From NCBI GenBank assembly GCA_030824295.1, contig JAVBYA010000508.1:1-40222 (forward strand): a stretch of DNA of 40,222 bases, read 5' to 3'. The translations under genes and the position numbers were made by a program. The notes beneath the pieces are model-generated. The model was not told the origin of the DNA. It did no database searches and was given only the letters and a program-made list of their open reading frames with translations. This DNA comes from Bacteroidota bacterium. Lineage in GTDB: Bacteria; Bacteroidota; Ignavibacteria; UBA10030; UBA8401. Positions 1 to 8,702 of the stretch are shown piece by piece. How positions within the stretch are numbered: the first letter of the stretch is position 1; the number at the start of each line of letters is the position of its first letter.

Positions 1-144
1 GTCAATGTACTGTGGGAATATAGCGGTTGGTGGGCGAAAGTGAAAGGGTGAAATCGGCGGCGGATTCACCTCTTGCTTTCATCACACCGGAGACTGATAT
101 TTGTACTGAAGGTTCTGCGTCGCCGTTCTTCGAAAGGAGGAGGT

Positions 145-513
145 ATGCAATATCGATTCGATCATATCAGAGTCACCCGCACCGCGGCCCGCATACTCAG
201 TCTGCTGCTCTTTCTGCTCTGGGGTGCATTCTTCATCGAACATCTTTCCTGGTTCTCCACTGAATCCCTCAACACTCCTCCGGTTCGCATCTGGCTTGCA
301 CAGGGGGCCCATCTGCTGCTGTTGGTCGGTTACCTTGTGTCGCTCAAATGGGAGCGCGTCGGCAGTGTGCTCATCGCTGTGAATGCGGTGCTCTTCTTTG
401 GATATGCGGCAGGGATGAACGCCGTTCCGTTCGTCATTGTGAGTCTGTTCCCGGTGATGATGTACGCGTATTGCTGGCATAGACAGATGCACCGTTCCGG
501 AGTGTTGTCGTAA
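145..513 (+). CDS. hypothetical small integral membrane protein (122 aa, about 4 hydrophobic helices)
   Basis: ORF 73..513. Internal ATG at 145 is preceded by AAGGAGGAGG (134-143). Hydrophobic segments are ILSLLLFLLWGAFFI, HLLLLVGYLVSL, VLIAVNAVLFFGY and FVIVSLFPVMMYAY. No family recognised. Confidence 0.5.
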   Translation: MQYRFDHIRVTRTAARILSLLLFLLWGAFFIEHLSWFSTESLNTPPVRIWLAQGAHLLLLVGYLVSLKWERVGSVLIAVNAVLFFGYAAGMNAVPFVIVSLFPVMMYAYCWHRQMHRSGVLS

Positions 514-589
514 CCCGATCGTGCCGATGCGGACAGTGTGGCGGGAGATGTGTCAGTCTGCCGTGGTGAACATACCGGCGGTTCGATGC

Positions 590-997
590 TCAGTTCGTGA
601 CCGCACGGATGAAGTCGTAGAGGATCGGCTCTACCGAGATATCATCGCCGTCGGCATCGACGCTAAAGAGATTCACTTTCTTCTCCGTGATGATCCGCAG
701 GATGAACTCCCGCTCCCGGATCCCCCGCACTTCCATCATCCCACGTGCCTTTTCCGGGACATTATCGCAGTTCGACCGGCTGTCCACACCGAGAATGTTC
801 ACCGTCAATGTATCTCCGGACCATCCCTGCCGTAAGAAGATACCGTAATTCGAACAGCTGAAGGTCTTGGAGGTCGCCACGTACATCACCGGCCGCCCTT
901 TGATCATTTCCAGCCGGAATGTGTAATCCTCATTGGTTTTTTTTGACGGTTCCTTCGGTGCCAGGATCAGCAGCAGCGCGATGAATGCATATGTCAT
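590..997 (-). CDS. hypothetical exported protein (135 aa)
   Basis: Minus ORF 590..1168. Internal ATG at 997 gives a signal-like N-terminus, MTYAFIALLLILAPK. Convergent with 145..513. No family recognised. Confidence 0.45.
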   Translation of the reverse strand: MTYAFIALLLILAPKEPSKKTNEDYTFRLEMIKGRPVMYVATSKTFSCSNYGIFLRQGWSGDTLTVNILGVDSRSNCDNVPEKARGMMEVRGIREREFILRIITEKKVNLFSVDADGDDISVEPILYDFIRAVTN

Positions 998-1110
998 GGA
1001 TTTCCTATCGACGTTTCGTATAATATAGAGCAAGTGCGGGGGAAAAACAATTCCGGCAATCCCCCCAACCATTGTTGCCGCTTGCGAGTCCAACCAATAA
1101 ACACGGCAGA

Positions 1111-1671
1111 ATGACACAGACAGACGACGAACTGATACGGCGCTCGCAGGCAGGGGATCCCACTGCATTCGAGCAGCTCATCTTCCGGTATGACCGGAAT
1201 GTGCTCGCCATTGCCGCACGGTTCACGCAGAATTCGGATGATGCCAAGGATATCTATCAGGAATCCCTCATCCGCGTCTATAAAGGTCTCGCCGGCTTCG
1301 AACACAAGAGCGAGTTCACCACCTGGCTCTACCGCATCGTCACCAATGTCTGCCTCACATTCAAGGAGCGCAAACGAAGACTGAACACGGTCTCGCTGCA
1401 GGAGGAGAAGGAAGAGGCATTCAGCGAGATCCCTTCCGGCGGACCGGGCACCGATGCCGGACTGCACGGAGAGGAGATCGACCGGCGCATCCGCAGTGCG
1501 CTGCAGGAGCTCTCACCGAAGCAGCGGCTCGTGTTCACGCTCCGGCACTATCAGGAATACAAAGTGAAAGAGATCGCCGTGATGATGGAATGTGCCGAAG
1601 GGACCGTGAAGAAATACCTGTTCGAAGCAACGCAGAAGATGAGGGACCGTTTACACGACCTGTATGAGTGA
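1111..1671 (+). CDS. ECF-type RNA polymerase sigma-70 family factor
   Basis: ORF 1072..1671, with likely start ATG 1111 (MTQTDDELIRRSQAGD). Region 2-like DAKDIYQESLIRVYKGLAGFEHKSEFTTWLYRIVTN. Region 4-like LSPKQRLVFTLRHYQEYKVKEIAVMMECAEGTVKKYLFEA. Confidence 0.9.
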   Translation: MTQTDDELIRRSQAGDPTAFEQLIFRYDRNVLAIAARFTQNSDDAKDIYQESLIRVYKGLAGFEHKSEFTTWLYRIVTNVCLTFKERKRRLNTVSLQEEKEEAFSEIPSGGPGTDAGLHGEEIDRRIRSALQELSPKQRLVFTLRHYQEYKVKEIAVMMECAEGTVKKYLFEATQKMRDRLHDLYE

Positions 1672-1674
1672 CCT

Positions 1675-2631
1675 ATGAAGAACGAACGTATCAAAGAACT
1701 GATGCTTCTTTCCCTGTACGGGGAACTGAATGCTGAGGACCAGAAGGAACTGGATGACTATATCAAGAAGCATCCGGACGCCAGGAAGGAATTCCGCGAA
1801 TGGAAACGGTTCGGAACATTCGTCTCCGAACAGACCCCGCCCTCTGTCACGGACGATCTGCTGAGCGATGCCAGAACGCAGCTGCGCTCCGCACTCCGCG
1901 GCGAACGGAACCGGATACCGGTCATGGTCCGGCTCCGCGAAGTGATGTCGGAACTCCTGCGTCCCGCCGTGGTGCTCAGCAGTGCAGGAATGCTCTCATT
2001 GGGATTGCTGCTGGGGTATTGCTCATTCGCTCCGTCCGGGACGGAGCCGTACATCGTGCTTCAGACCGCTGCTGATGATGCAAAACAGCCGGGCAAGACC
2101 TTTATCGAAAATATCCGATTCATTGACAATGATGCGTCGGACGGCGAGGTGGAGTTCGAGTTCAACGCCGTCGCACCGGTGCATATCAAGGGGAGAGTGG
2201 ACGATCCCGAGATCCAGCGGCTGCTCACACATGCATTGCTGAACGAATCCAACGCCGGCGTCCGCCTTTCCAGCATGCAGCTCATCCGCGACCAGGCCGC
2301 AGTGAGCCGCTCCGTCGACCCGGCCATCAAGCAAGCGCTCATCACTTCTCTCAAGACGGATGCCAATCCCGGCGTGCGGAATGAAGCGCTCCGCGTTCTG
2401 CAGCAGTACGGCTTCGATGATGATCTGCGCGATGCGCTGCTGCATGTCATTGAACACGATGAGAACTCCGGTATCCGTGTTGCCGCCATCAATGCGCTGG
2501 AACTGGCGAAGATGGACGGTAACCGTCTGGATGAAGCAACGGTGAAAGCATTAAAGGAACAGATCGCAAAAGAAGAGAATAACTACATCCGCAACCGCGC
2601 GGTCAACTTAGTGAAGGAGATCTATCAATGA
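1675..2631 (+). CDS. putative anti-sigma factor: N-terminal anti-sigma-like domain, one TM helix, C-terminal HEAT-repeat domain
   Basis: Starts 4 nt after the sigma stop. N-terminus LSLYGELNAEDQKELDDYIKKHPDARKEF resembles a zf-HC2 anti-sigma domain with the His kept and the Cys ligands lost. TM segment AVVLSSAGMLSLGLLLGYCSF. C-terminus has HEAT-like repeats (NAGVRLSSMQLI, NPGVRNEALRVL, NSGIRVAAINAL, NYIRNRAVNLV). Confidence 0.7.
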   Translation: MKNERIKELMLLSLYGELNAEDQKELDDYIKKHPDARKEFREWKRFGTFVSEQTPPSVTDDLLSDARTQLRSALRGERNRIPVMVRLREVMSELLRPAVVLSSAGMLSLGLLLGYCSFAPSGTEPYIVLQTAADDAKQPGKTFIENIRFIDNDASDGEVEFEFNAVAPVHIKGRVDDPEIQRLLTHALLNESNAGVRLSSMQLIRDQAAVSRSVDPAIKQALITSLKTDANPGVRNEALRVLQQYGFDDDLRDALLHVIEHDENSGIRVAAINALELAKMDGNRLDEATVKALKEQIAKEENNYIRNRAVNLVKEIYQ

Positions 2632-3860
2632 AAACACAATGGTTCATCACACTCGTTATCTCGGCGTTGTTCTCATCCGCCGTTGCTTCGGACTGGCAGG
2701 GCAGTTCCACACCGAAAGCTCCCAAAGCACCTTCGTCCGTTTCCACCACGAGCAGTTCTTCGATGGCATCAAGCGGTGCATCGCAGACCCGGTCCGAACA
2801 GACCTTCAATGTCGGCAAGAACAGCTCGCTGGACATCTCCGTCTCCGGCTGTGAGATCGTCATCAAAGCATGGGACAAGAGCGCCATCGAAGTGGTGGTG
2901 GAAGGATTGGATGAAGAGGACCTGGAGTATGTGAAGATGAAACAGAGCGGGGACGAGGTCACCGTCACGTACCGTCCGAAATGGAGCACACGCGGCGGCG
3001 GACGCTTCGAGGTCTCCGTACCGCAGCAGACGAAACTGGATATGAATACCTCCGGCGGGAATATCGAACTCGTGGGAAGTCTCACCGGTGATGCGGTCGG
3101 CCATACATCCGGCGGCGACATCAATATCGATAAACTGAAAGGAACGGTCCGTATGACGACCTCCGGAGGGGACATCCGCACAGGGGACATCGAAGGGAAA
3201 GCGGAACTCCGCACCTCCGGCGGCAATATCACCATCGCGAACGTCATCGGCGAATCAACGGTGAACACCTCCGGCGGTGATATCCGCATCGGGAATGTTG
3301 CGAAGAAATTGGATGCCCGGACGTCGGGCGGCGATATCGAAGTGGGCGATATCGGCGGGGATGCCACGGTTGGCACCTCCGGCGGTGACATCCGCATCGG
3401 TAAAGTCTCCGGCAATGCGTATCTCCGCACAGCCGGCGGCGATCTGAAACTGCTCGGCGCATCCGGTACAGTGGAAGCCCGCACTTCCGGCGGCGATATC
3501 GAATTGAAGAACATCACTGGTTCCATCGAAGCAAGCACCGCCGGCGGCGATGTCACGGCAGATCTGATCCCGTCGGGCAAAGGTGAATCGAATCTCAAAA
3601 CCTCGGGCGGCGATATCCGTCTCACGCTTCCCGCTTCCGCCAAGGCATCCATCGAAGCGACCATCCGGCTCCGTGATAACGGCGGCTGGGGCGGTTCCTC
3701 CAAGCGTTCCAAATACGAGGTCCGCTCCGATTTTCCGTCTACTTCGTATGACAAGGACGGCGATCGGGACGAGATCCGTGCCCGCTATCAGCTCAACGGC
3801 GGCGGCGAAGTGATCACGCTCGAAGCTACGAACGGATACATCGACATCAAGAAGAAATAA
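2628..3860 (+). CDS. exported DUF4097/toastrack-like beta-solenoid repeat protein
   Basis: ATGA overlap with the upstream stop (2628-2631). Signal peptide MKTQWFITLVISALFSSAVA. Ser/Thr-rich linker follows. Eleven T(S/A)GG(D/N)(I/L/V) repeats spaced about 18-19 aa apart. Confidence 0.8.
   Translation: MKTQWFITLVISALFSSAVASDWQGSSTPKAPKAPSSVSTTSSSSMASSGASQTRSEQTFNVGKNSSLDISVSGCEIVIKAWDKSAIEVVVEGLDEEDLEYVKMKQSGDEVTVTYRPKWSTRGGGRFEVSVPQQTKLDMNTSGGNIELVGSLTGDAVGHTSGGDINIDKLKGTVRMTTSGGDIRTGDIEGKAELRTSGGNITIANVIGESTVNTSGGDIRIGNVAKKLDARTSGGDIEVGDIGGDATVGTSGGDIRIGKVSGNAYLRTAGGDLKLLGASGTVEARTSGGDIELKNITGSIEASTAGGDVTADLIPSGKGESNLKTSGGDIRLTLPASAKASIEATIRLRDNGGWGGSSKRSKYEVRSDFPSTSYDKDGDRDEIRARYQLNGGGEVITLEATNGYIDIKKK
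3048..3625 (+). repeat. intragenic tandem coding repeat (about 54-57 nt period, 11 units, core ACCTCCGGCGGYGAYATC)
   Basis: Repeated core read directly near 3048, 3107, 3157, 3213, 3267, 3320, 3376, 3430, 3484, 3538 and 3600. Each encodes TSGGDI-type turns. Confidence 0.8.
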
Positions 3861-3887
3861 TAGACAATTGTCATGCAACAATGCACC

Positions 3888-3924
3888 CGAAAGCGGCGTA
3901 GCGATAAAGCTAAAGCCGCTTTCG
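3888..3924 (+). terminator. perfect 10-bp inverted repeat (CGAAAGCGGC ... GCCGCTTTCG), weak terminator or attenuator candidate
   Basis: Stem 3888-3897 pairs with 3915-3924, loop 17 nt. It lies between the toastrack stop (3860) and the next start (3948). Only a short, poor T-tract follows. Confidence 0.35.
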
Positions 3925-3947
3925 AGTTCTATAACAAAGGAGTAACG

Positions 3948-6587
3948 ATGATTCGATTGGTGCGCAGTGCTGTTGTTCTGGTCATGACCGTTGCAGCGGT
4001 GCACGCTGCCCAGGTGAAAGCCGTGAAGCTCACACAGCCGGTATCGGTGGACGGGAAACTCAACGAACCGGTCTGGAGCATCGCTCCCGCTGTCACGGAA
4101 TTCACACAGAAGGAACCGAACCAGGGTACAGCACCGTCCCAACGGACCGAGGTCTGGGTCGCGTATGATGATGATGCGCTGTATATCGCCGCACGGCTTC
4201 ACGATTCCTCCCCCGATTCCATCATGGCGCTGCTGGACCGCCGTGATAATCTGAACACGGCGGACTGGTTCGGCGTCTTCCTCGATCCGTACCGCGATAA
4301 ACGCTCCGGCAATTATTTCGTGCTCGGTCCTTCCGGCACCATGGCGGACGGCGTGCTCTATAATGATGACTGGGATGATGATGATTGGGACGGTGTGTGG
4401 GAAGGGAGTTCCAGCATCGATGAACAGGGGTGGACGGTCGAGATGCGTATTCCGTTCTCGCAGCTTCGCTTCACGGAGAAAGAACAGCAGGTGTGGGGGA
4501 TCAATTTCCGCCGCGATATCGGAAGGAAGAATGAGAACAGTTATCTCGTCTACACCCCCCGAATGGAAAGCGGTTATGTCTCCCGCTTTCCGGAACTCGT
4601 CGGCATCGAAGGCATCAAGCCGGCGAACGCACTGGAGGTCCTTCCGTTCCTCACCACCAAGGCGGAGTTCACCCACCCCGCCCCCGGTGATCCTTTCAAC
4701 AACGGCTCCCGCTACACGCCCGAGGTCGGTGCCGATATCCGTTACGGTCTCAGTTCAAATCTTATCCTGAATGGAACAGTGAATCCCGATTTCGGACAAG
4801 TAGAGGTCGATCCTGCCGTCGTCAATCTTTCCGACGTTGAATCATTCTTCAGCGAGAAGCGTCCCTTCTTCGTGGAAGGGGCCAATATCTTCACGAATTA
4901 TGGTCAGGGGGGAGGACGCAATTTCTGGAACTTCAACTTCCCGTACACCACCCCGTTCTACAGCCGCCGCATCGGCCGTTCTCCCCATGGGAATGATACA
5001 CTCGGCGGATCCGACTTTTATCATCAGCCCTTTGCCACCCGGATCCTCGGAGCAGGGAAAGTGACCGGCAAGGTCGGTGACGGCTGGAACGTCGGCACCA
5101 TCCACGCCGTAACGGCACGCGAGCATGCCGATTTCAAGACCGGAACTCACCGCGGAGAAGCGGAAGTGGAACCCTCCACATATTATGGAGTAGGCCGCGT
5201 GCAGCGCGATTTCAATGACGGCAAACAGGGGATCGGGATCCTCGGCACGTACACCCATCGGGAATTCTCCGATCAGGTGCTTCGGAACGGATTGAATAAC
5301 AGCGGGTCGTTCGTCGGTATGGACGGTTGGACCTTCCTGGATACCGCAAAGACCTGGGTCGTTACCGGCTATACGAATCTCTCCCATGTGGAAGGGACCC
5401 GGGAGCGGATGACAGCACTGCAGCGTAACTCGCAGCACTATTTCCAGCGCCCTGATGCCTCGCATGTCGACGTGGACACCAACGCTACGTCCATGACCGG
5501 ACTTGCCGGGAGATTCTACCTTATCAAGCAGCAGGGGAATTTCTTCTTTAATTCTTCACTCGGTTTCATCGATCCCAAATATGAAGTGAACGATCTCGGA
5601 TTCCAGTCCCGTGCAGATGTCATCAACATGCATGTCGGCGGAGGATATAATTGGAGTGAACCGGACGGCCTGTTCCGCAGGAAGGAACTCGGCGGCGGGT
5701 TCGGACAAAGCTTCGATTTCCAGAAGAACCTCATCCACCGTGTGCTGGTCCATTTCGGTTTCGTACAGTTCATGAACTACTATACGCTCAACTGGAACTT
5801 CGCCTACAATCCAACAACAACGCTGAGCAACAGACGTACTCGCGGTGGTCCGCTCACGGTGAATTCAAAAGGATGGGATTTCAATCTGAATGCAAGTTCG
5901 GATTACAGCAAAGAAGTGGTAGTGGAGATGTTCGGATACACATATCGATCCGACGAAACGGATATCAAAAGCGCCGGGTTCTGGGTGCAGTACCGTCCCG
6001 CACCGAATGTGAATGTCTCCGTCGGTCCGGACTGGACGGACGAGGTGAGCAAAGTAGCCTACGGCGGCGGGGATTTTGAGGATCCGTCATATACTCTCAC
6101 ATACGGCAGACGGTACCTGTTCAGCGAACTTGCCTACCGGCAGATCTCGGCCAATATCCGTTTGAACTGGACCTTCACGCCGACGCTCAGTCTGCAGTTG
6201 TACATGCAGCCGCTCGTCTCTTCCGGCAGCTATTCCAACTTCAAGCAGCTGGTCCGTCCTTCGTCCAACGAATATCTCATCTATGGAACGAACGGTTCCA
6301 CTATCACGAAGACCGGGGATGAATACACCGTCGATCCGACCGGCACCGGTACTGGCGCCGTACATACCTTCAGCGATCCGAACTTCAATTTTAAATCGCT
6401 CCGCGGCAACGCGGTGCTGCGGTGGGAATATCTTCCGGGGTCGGCCCTGTATTTCGTCTGGACGCAGAACCGGAGCGACTACGAGAACACCGGCGATCTC
6501 GCATTGAGCCGCTCGGTCGACCGGCTCATCTCAGCGAAGGCGGACAATATCTTTCTGGTGAAGATGAGCTACTACTTCAATATGTGA
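3948..6587 (+). CDS. CBM9-like (carbohydrate-binding family 9-like) plus DUF5916-like putative outer-membrane protein
   Basis: ORF 3873..6587. Likely start is ATG 3948, after AAAGGAG. Signal peptide MIRLVRSAVVLVMTVAAVHA. N-terminal domain reads VDGKLNEPVWSIAP..FTQKEPNQG..VWVAYDDDALYIAARL..WTVEMRIPFSQLRF. The long C-terminal part is rich in alternating aromatic residues and ends in YYFNM. Confidence 0.7.
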   Translation: MIRLVRSAVVLVMTVAAVHAAQVKAVKLTQPVSVDGKLNEPVWSIAPAVTEFTQKEPNQGTAPSQRTEVWVAYDDDALYIAARLHDSSPDSIMALLDRRDNLNTADWFGVFLDPYRDKRSGNYFVLGPSGTMADGVLYNDDWDDDDWDGVWEGSSSIDEQGWTVEMRIPFSQLRFTEKEQQVWGINFRRDIGRKNENSYLVYTPRMESGYVSRFPELVGIEGIKPANALEVLPFLTTKAEFTHPAPGDPFNNGSRYTPEVGADIRYGLSSNLILNGTVNPDFGQVEVDPAVVNLSDVESFFSEKRPFFVEGANIFTNYGQGGGRNFWNFNFPYTTPFYSRRIGRSPHGNDTLGGSDFYHQPFATRILGAGKVTGKVGDGWNVGTIHAVTAREHADFKTGTHRGEAEVEPSTYYGVGRVQRDFNDGKQGIGILGTYTHREFSDQVLRNGLNNSGSFVGMDGWTFLDTAKTWVVTGYTNLSHVEGTRERMTALQRNSQHYFQRPDASHVDVDTNATSMTGLAGRFYLIKQQGNFFFNSSLGFIDPKYEVNDLGFQSRADVINMHVGGGYNWSEPDGLFRRKELGGGFGQSFDFQKNLIHRVLVHFGFVQFMNYYTLNWNFAYNPTTTLSNRRTRGGPLTVNSKGWDFNLNASSDYSKEVVVEMFGYTYRSDETDIKSAGFWVQYRPAPNVNVSVGPDWTDEVSKVAYGGGDFEDPSYTLTYGRRYLFSELAYRQISANIRLNWTFTPTLSLQLYMQPLVSSGSYSNFKQLVRPSSNEYLIYGTNGSTITKTGDEYTVDPTGTGTGAVHTFSDPNFNFKSLRGNAVLRWEYLPGSALYFVWTQNRSDYENTGDLALSRSVDRLISAKADNIFLVKMSYYFNM

Positions 6588-6685
6588 CCGCCTCTTCCGC
6601 ATCCGTCGGGTGCAAAAAATTTTGCCGTAGAATTCGAAGATAATTTTGTATTTTTATCGGAGGATACTACGGCATTGTTTTTTTT

Positions 6686-8482
6686 ATGACACTCGGACGA
6701 ATAAAAGAATACGGCACCGCGGCATTGCTCATGCTGACGGTATTCATCATCTATCGCATCACGATGGCTCCCACGGTCGGCTACATCGACAGCGGTGAAC
6801 TGGCCGCCGTTGCTGCTACGCTCGGCAATGCACACTCCACCGGCTATCCGCTGTACACACTCATCGGCCGTTTCTTCACGCTGCTTCCCGTCGCTGATGC
6901 TGTCATCATGCGTCTCAACATCCTTTCCGGATTGATGACCGCTGCCGCCGCACTCATGTTCTTCTTGTTGATCGTCGAAGTGATGAAAAGGGAAAGGAAG
7001 GCCGCATCGGCGGACATCATCGTGCCGGCTGTAATTTCAGCGTATTTATTGGCATTTTCGAAGACTTTTTGGCTGCAGGGCGTTTCAGCGGAAGTGTATG
7101 CACTCCATCTGCTGCTGGTCTCGGCAGTGCTTCTCTTTTTTGTGAAGGGGGTAAGAACGCGCGACGCACGCTGGTGGTTCCTCTTTGCATTCTTCGTCGG
7201 TCTTTCGTTCACCAATCACATGACGACGATCCTCCTTGCGCCGGCGCTCATCTACTGGTTCATGGCTGAACATGGTTGGAACAAGGATGCAGTGAAACGG
7301 ATCGGACAATTGAGTGTGCCGTTCCTTGCCGGACTTTCCGTCTATCTCTATCTGCCGGTACGCGCGTCATCTTCTCCTCCGTTCAACTGGGGCAATCCCC
7401 AGACCTTCGATTCGTTCTGGTGGCATGTCACCGGCAAACAGTTCCGCGTCTGGATGTTCTCCGGTAGCGATGTGGCAAAGAAGCAGTTCGATCACTTCAC
7501 ATCGAATCTTCCGGCAGAATTCCATCCGGTGATCCTGCTGATCGCATTCATTGGAATGCTCGTGCTCGCCTTCCGTGACCGGCGCCTCTTCACCGTCGTT
7601 GCCGTTCTTTTCATCACCTGCGTTGCGTATTCCATCAATTACGATATCCATGATATCGATACGTATTTCCTCCTGGCGTTCATGATGATCGCTTTCACTG
7701 CGGCATACGGTATCGCGTTCCTCATCAACCGGTTCGAGGGGCGCACGGCGCGCATCGCGGTCATGGCTGCTGCCGTTGGTCTCATTCCGCTCCAGGTCGC
7801 TTCCCATTGGCATGATGTGGACCAGAGCGGGAATTCCATGGCGGCGGAGTATACTCAGAGTATCCTCACGTCGCTCCCGCCGAACGCCGTTGTCATTTCG
7901 GCACAATGGGATTATTTTGTTTCCCCTTCCTATTATTTCCAGCATGTCGAGCAGCTTCGGCCGGACGTGGTCGTATTGGATAAAGAGTTGTTCCGCCGTT
8001 CCTGGTATTTCCCGCAGCTCCGTGCGATGTATCCCGATGTCATGCAGCGGTCGCAGAAGGAGGTGGACGCATTCCTTCCGGAACTCTACAAGTTCGAACA
8101 CGTTCTGCCGTACGACCCGGCCGTGATCGAAGCACGGTATGCCGCACTGCTCCGTAGTTTCATGACTGCTCCCGCTCCGGTCTTTGTAACGCCGGAGATC
8201 GAGCCGCAATATCTTTCCGGTGCACTCCGTATTCCGGACGGATTCCTTCTTCGACTTTCGCAGGATTCTTCGTATCTTCCTCACACACCCGCACGCATTG
8301 ATGTCCGGTTGTACGATGGCACGGACAAGTACACCGCAGGGCTGCGCTCCGTTATGACGAACGCTCTCTTATATAGAGCAGCCTATGAGCGGTACTACGG
8401 CAGGGACTCCCTCGCACAGATGTTCACTCAAAAAGCCTCAAAATACGCTGCTTTCGCCCCCTCTTCGGTTAGCAAATATTAA
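6686..8482 (+). CDS. DUF2723-family polytopic membrane protein (GT-C-like, TMEM260/protein O-mannosyltransferase-like)
   Basis: 598 aa. N-terminus RITMAPTVGYIDSGELAAVAATLGNAHSTGYPLYTL carries the DSGE-type motif I associate with DUF2723. Many TM helices come first, then a soluble C-terminal domain. Confidence 0.7.
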   Translation: MTLGRIKEYGTAALLMLTVFIIYRITMAPTVGYIDSGELAAVAATLGNAHSTGYPLYTLIGRFFTLLPVADAVIMRLNILSGLMTAAAALMFFLLIVEVMKRERKAASADIIVPAVISAYLLAFSKTFWLQGVSAEVYALHLLLVSAVLLFFVKGVRTRDARWWFLFAFFVGLSFTNHMTTILLAPALIYWFMAEHGWNKDAVKRIGQLSVPFLAGLSVYLYLPVRASSSPPFNWGNPQTFDSFWWHVTGKQFRVWMFSGSDVAKKQFDHFTSNLPAEFHPVILLIAFIGMLVLAFRDRRLFTVVAVLFITCVAYSINYDIHDIDTYFLLAFMMIAFTAAYGIAFLINRFEGRTARIAVMAAAVGLIPLQVASHWHDVDQSGNSMAAEYTQSILTSLPPNAVVISAQWDYFVSPSYYFQHVEQLRPDVVVLDKELFRRSWYFPQLRAMYPDVMQRSQKEVDAFLPELYKFEHVLPYDPAVIEARYAALLRSFMTAPAPVFVTPEIEPQYLSGALRIPDGFLLRLSQDSSYLPHTPARIDVRLYDGTDKYTAGLRSVMTNALLYRAAYERYYGRDSLAQMFTQKASKYAAFAPSSVSKY

Positions 8483-8493
8483 CGCAGTGCTTG

Positions 8494-8521
8494 TTGACTT
8501 TCTGGCAAAAAAGTATATATT
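8494..8521 (+). promoter_or_regulatory. candidate sigma-70-type promoter for the tRNA cluster (TTGACT, 16 nt spacer, TATATT)
   Basis: TTGACT at 8494-8499 and TATATT at 8516-8521, about 90 nt upstream of the first tRNA. Confidence 0.4.
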
Positions 8522-8608
8522 TGTTAACTCCGCCACAATGCCTTTTCGAGAAACCTCTTGCTATTGGGGTTTTTGGAAAATGTGTTCAGTTGTTGGCTGA
8601 TCAGCATC

Positions 8609-8684
8609 GCTGGCGTAGCTCAGTTGGTAGAGCAGCTGACTTGTAATCAGCAGGTCACCAGTTCAAGTCTGGTCGCCAGCTCCA
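8609..8684 (+). tRNA. tRNA-Thr (anticodon TGT), CCA encoded
   Basis: Manual cloverleaf. Acceptor GCTGGCG/CGCCAGC. Anticodon arm GCTGA-CTTGTAA-TCAGC. T arm ACCAG-TTCAAGT-CTGGT. Discriminator T, then CCA. Confidence 0.93.
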
Positions 8685-8702
8685 AGATTCGGTTCTTGGC
8701 TT

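Noticed and set aside
521-835. + strand ORF 521..835 as a gene
   Set aside because: It overlaps the minus-strand ORF, which has a signal-peptide-like N-terminus and a more protein-like composition. The + frame is Arg/Pro/His-rich and has no start context. Confidence in either is modest.
2603-4676. Minus-strand ORFs 2603..3754 (repeating SPPEV) and 3255..4676
   Set aside because: The SPPEV periodicity is just the reverse-complement image of the TSGGDI coding repeat. The + strand product has a signal peptide and a coherent domain structure.
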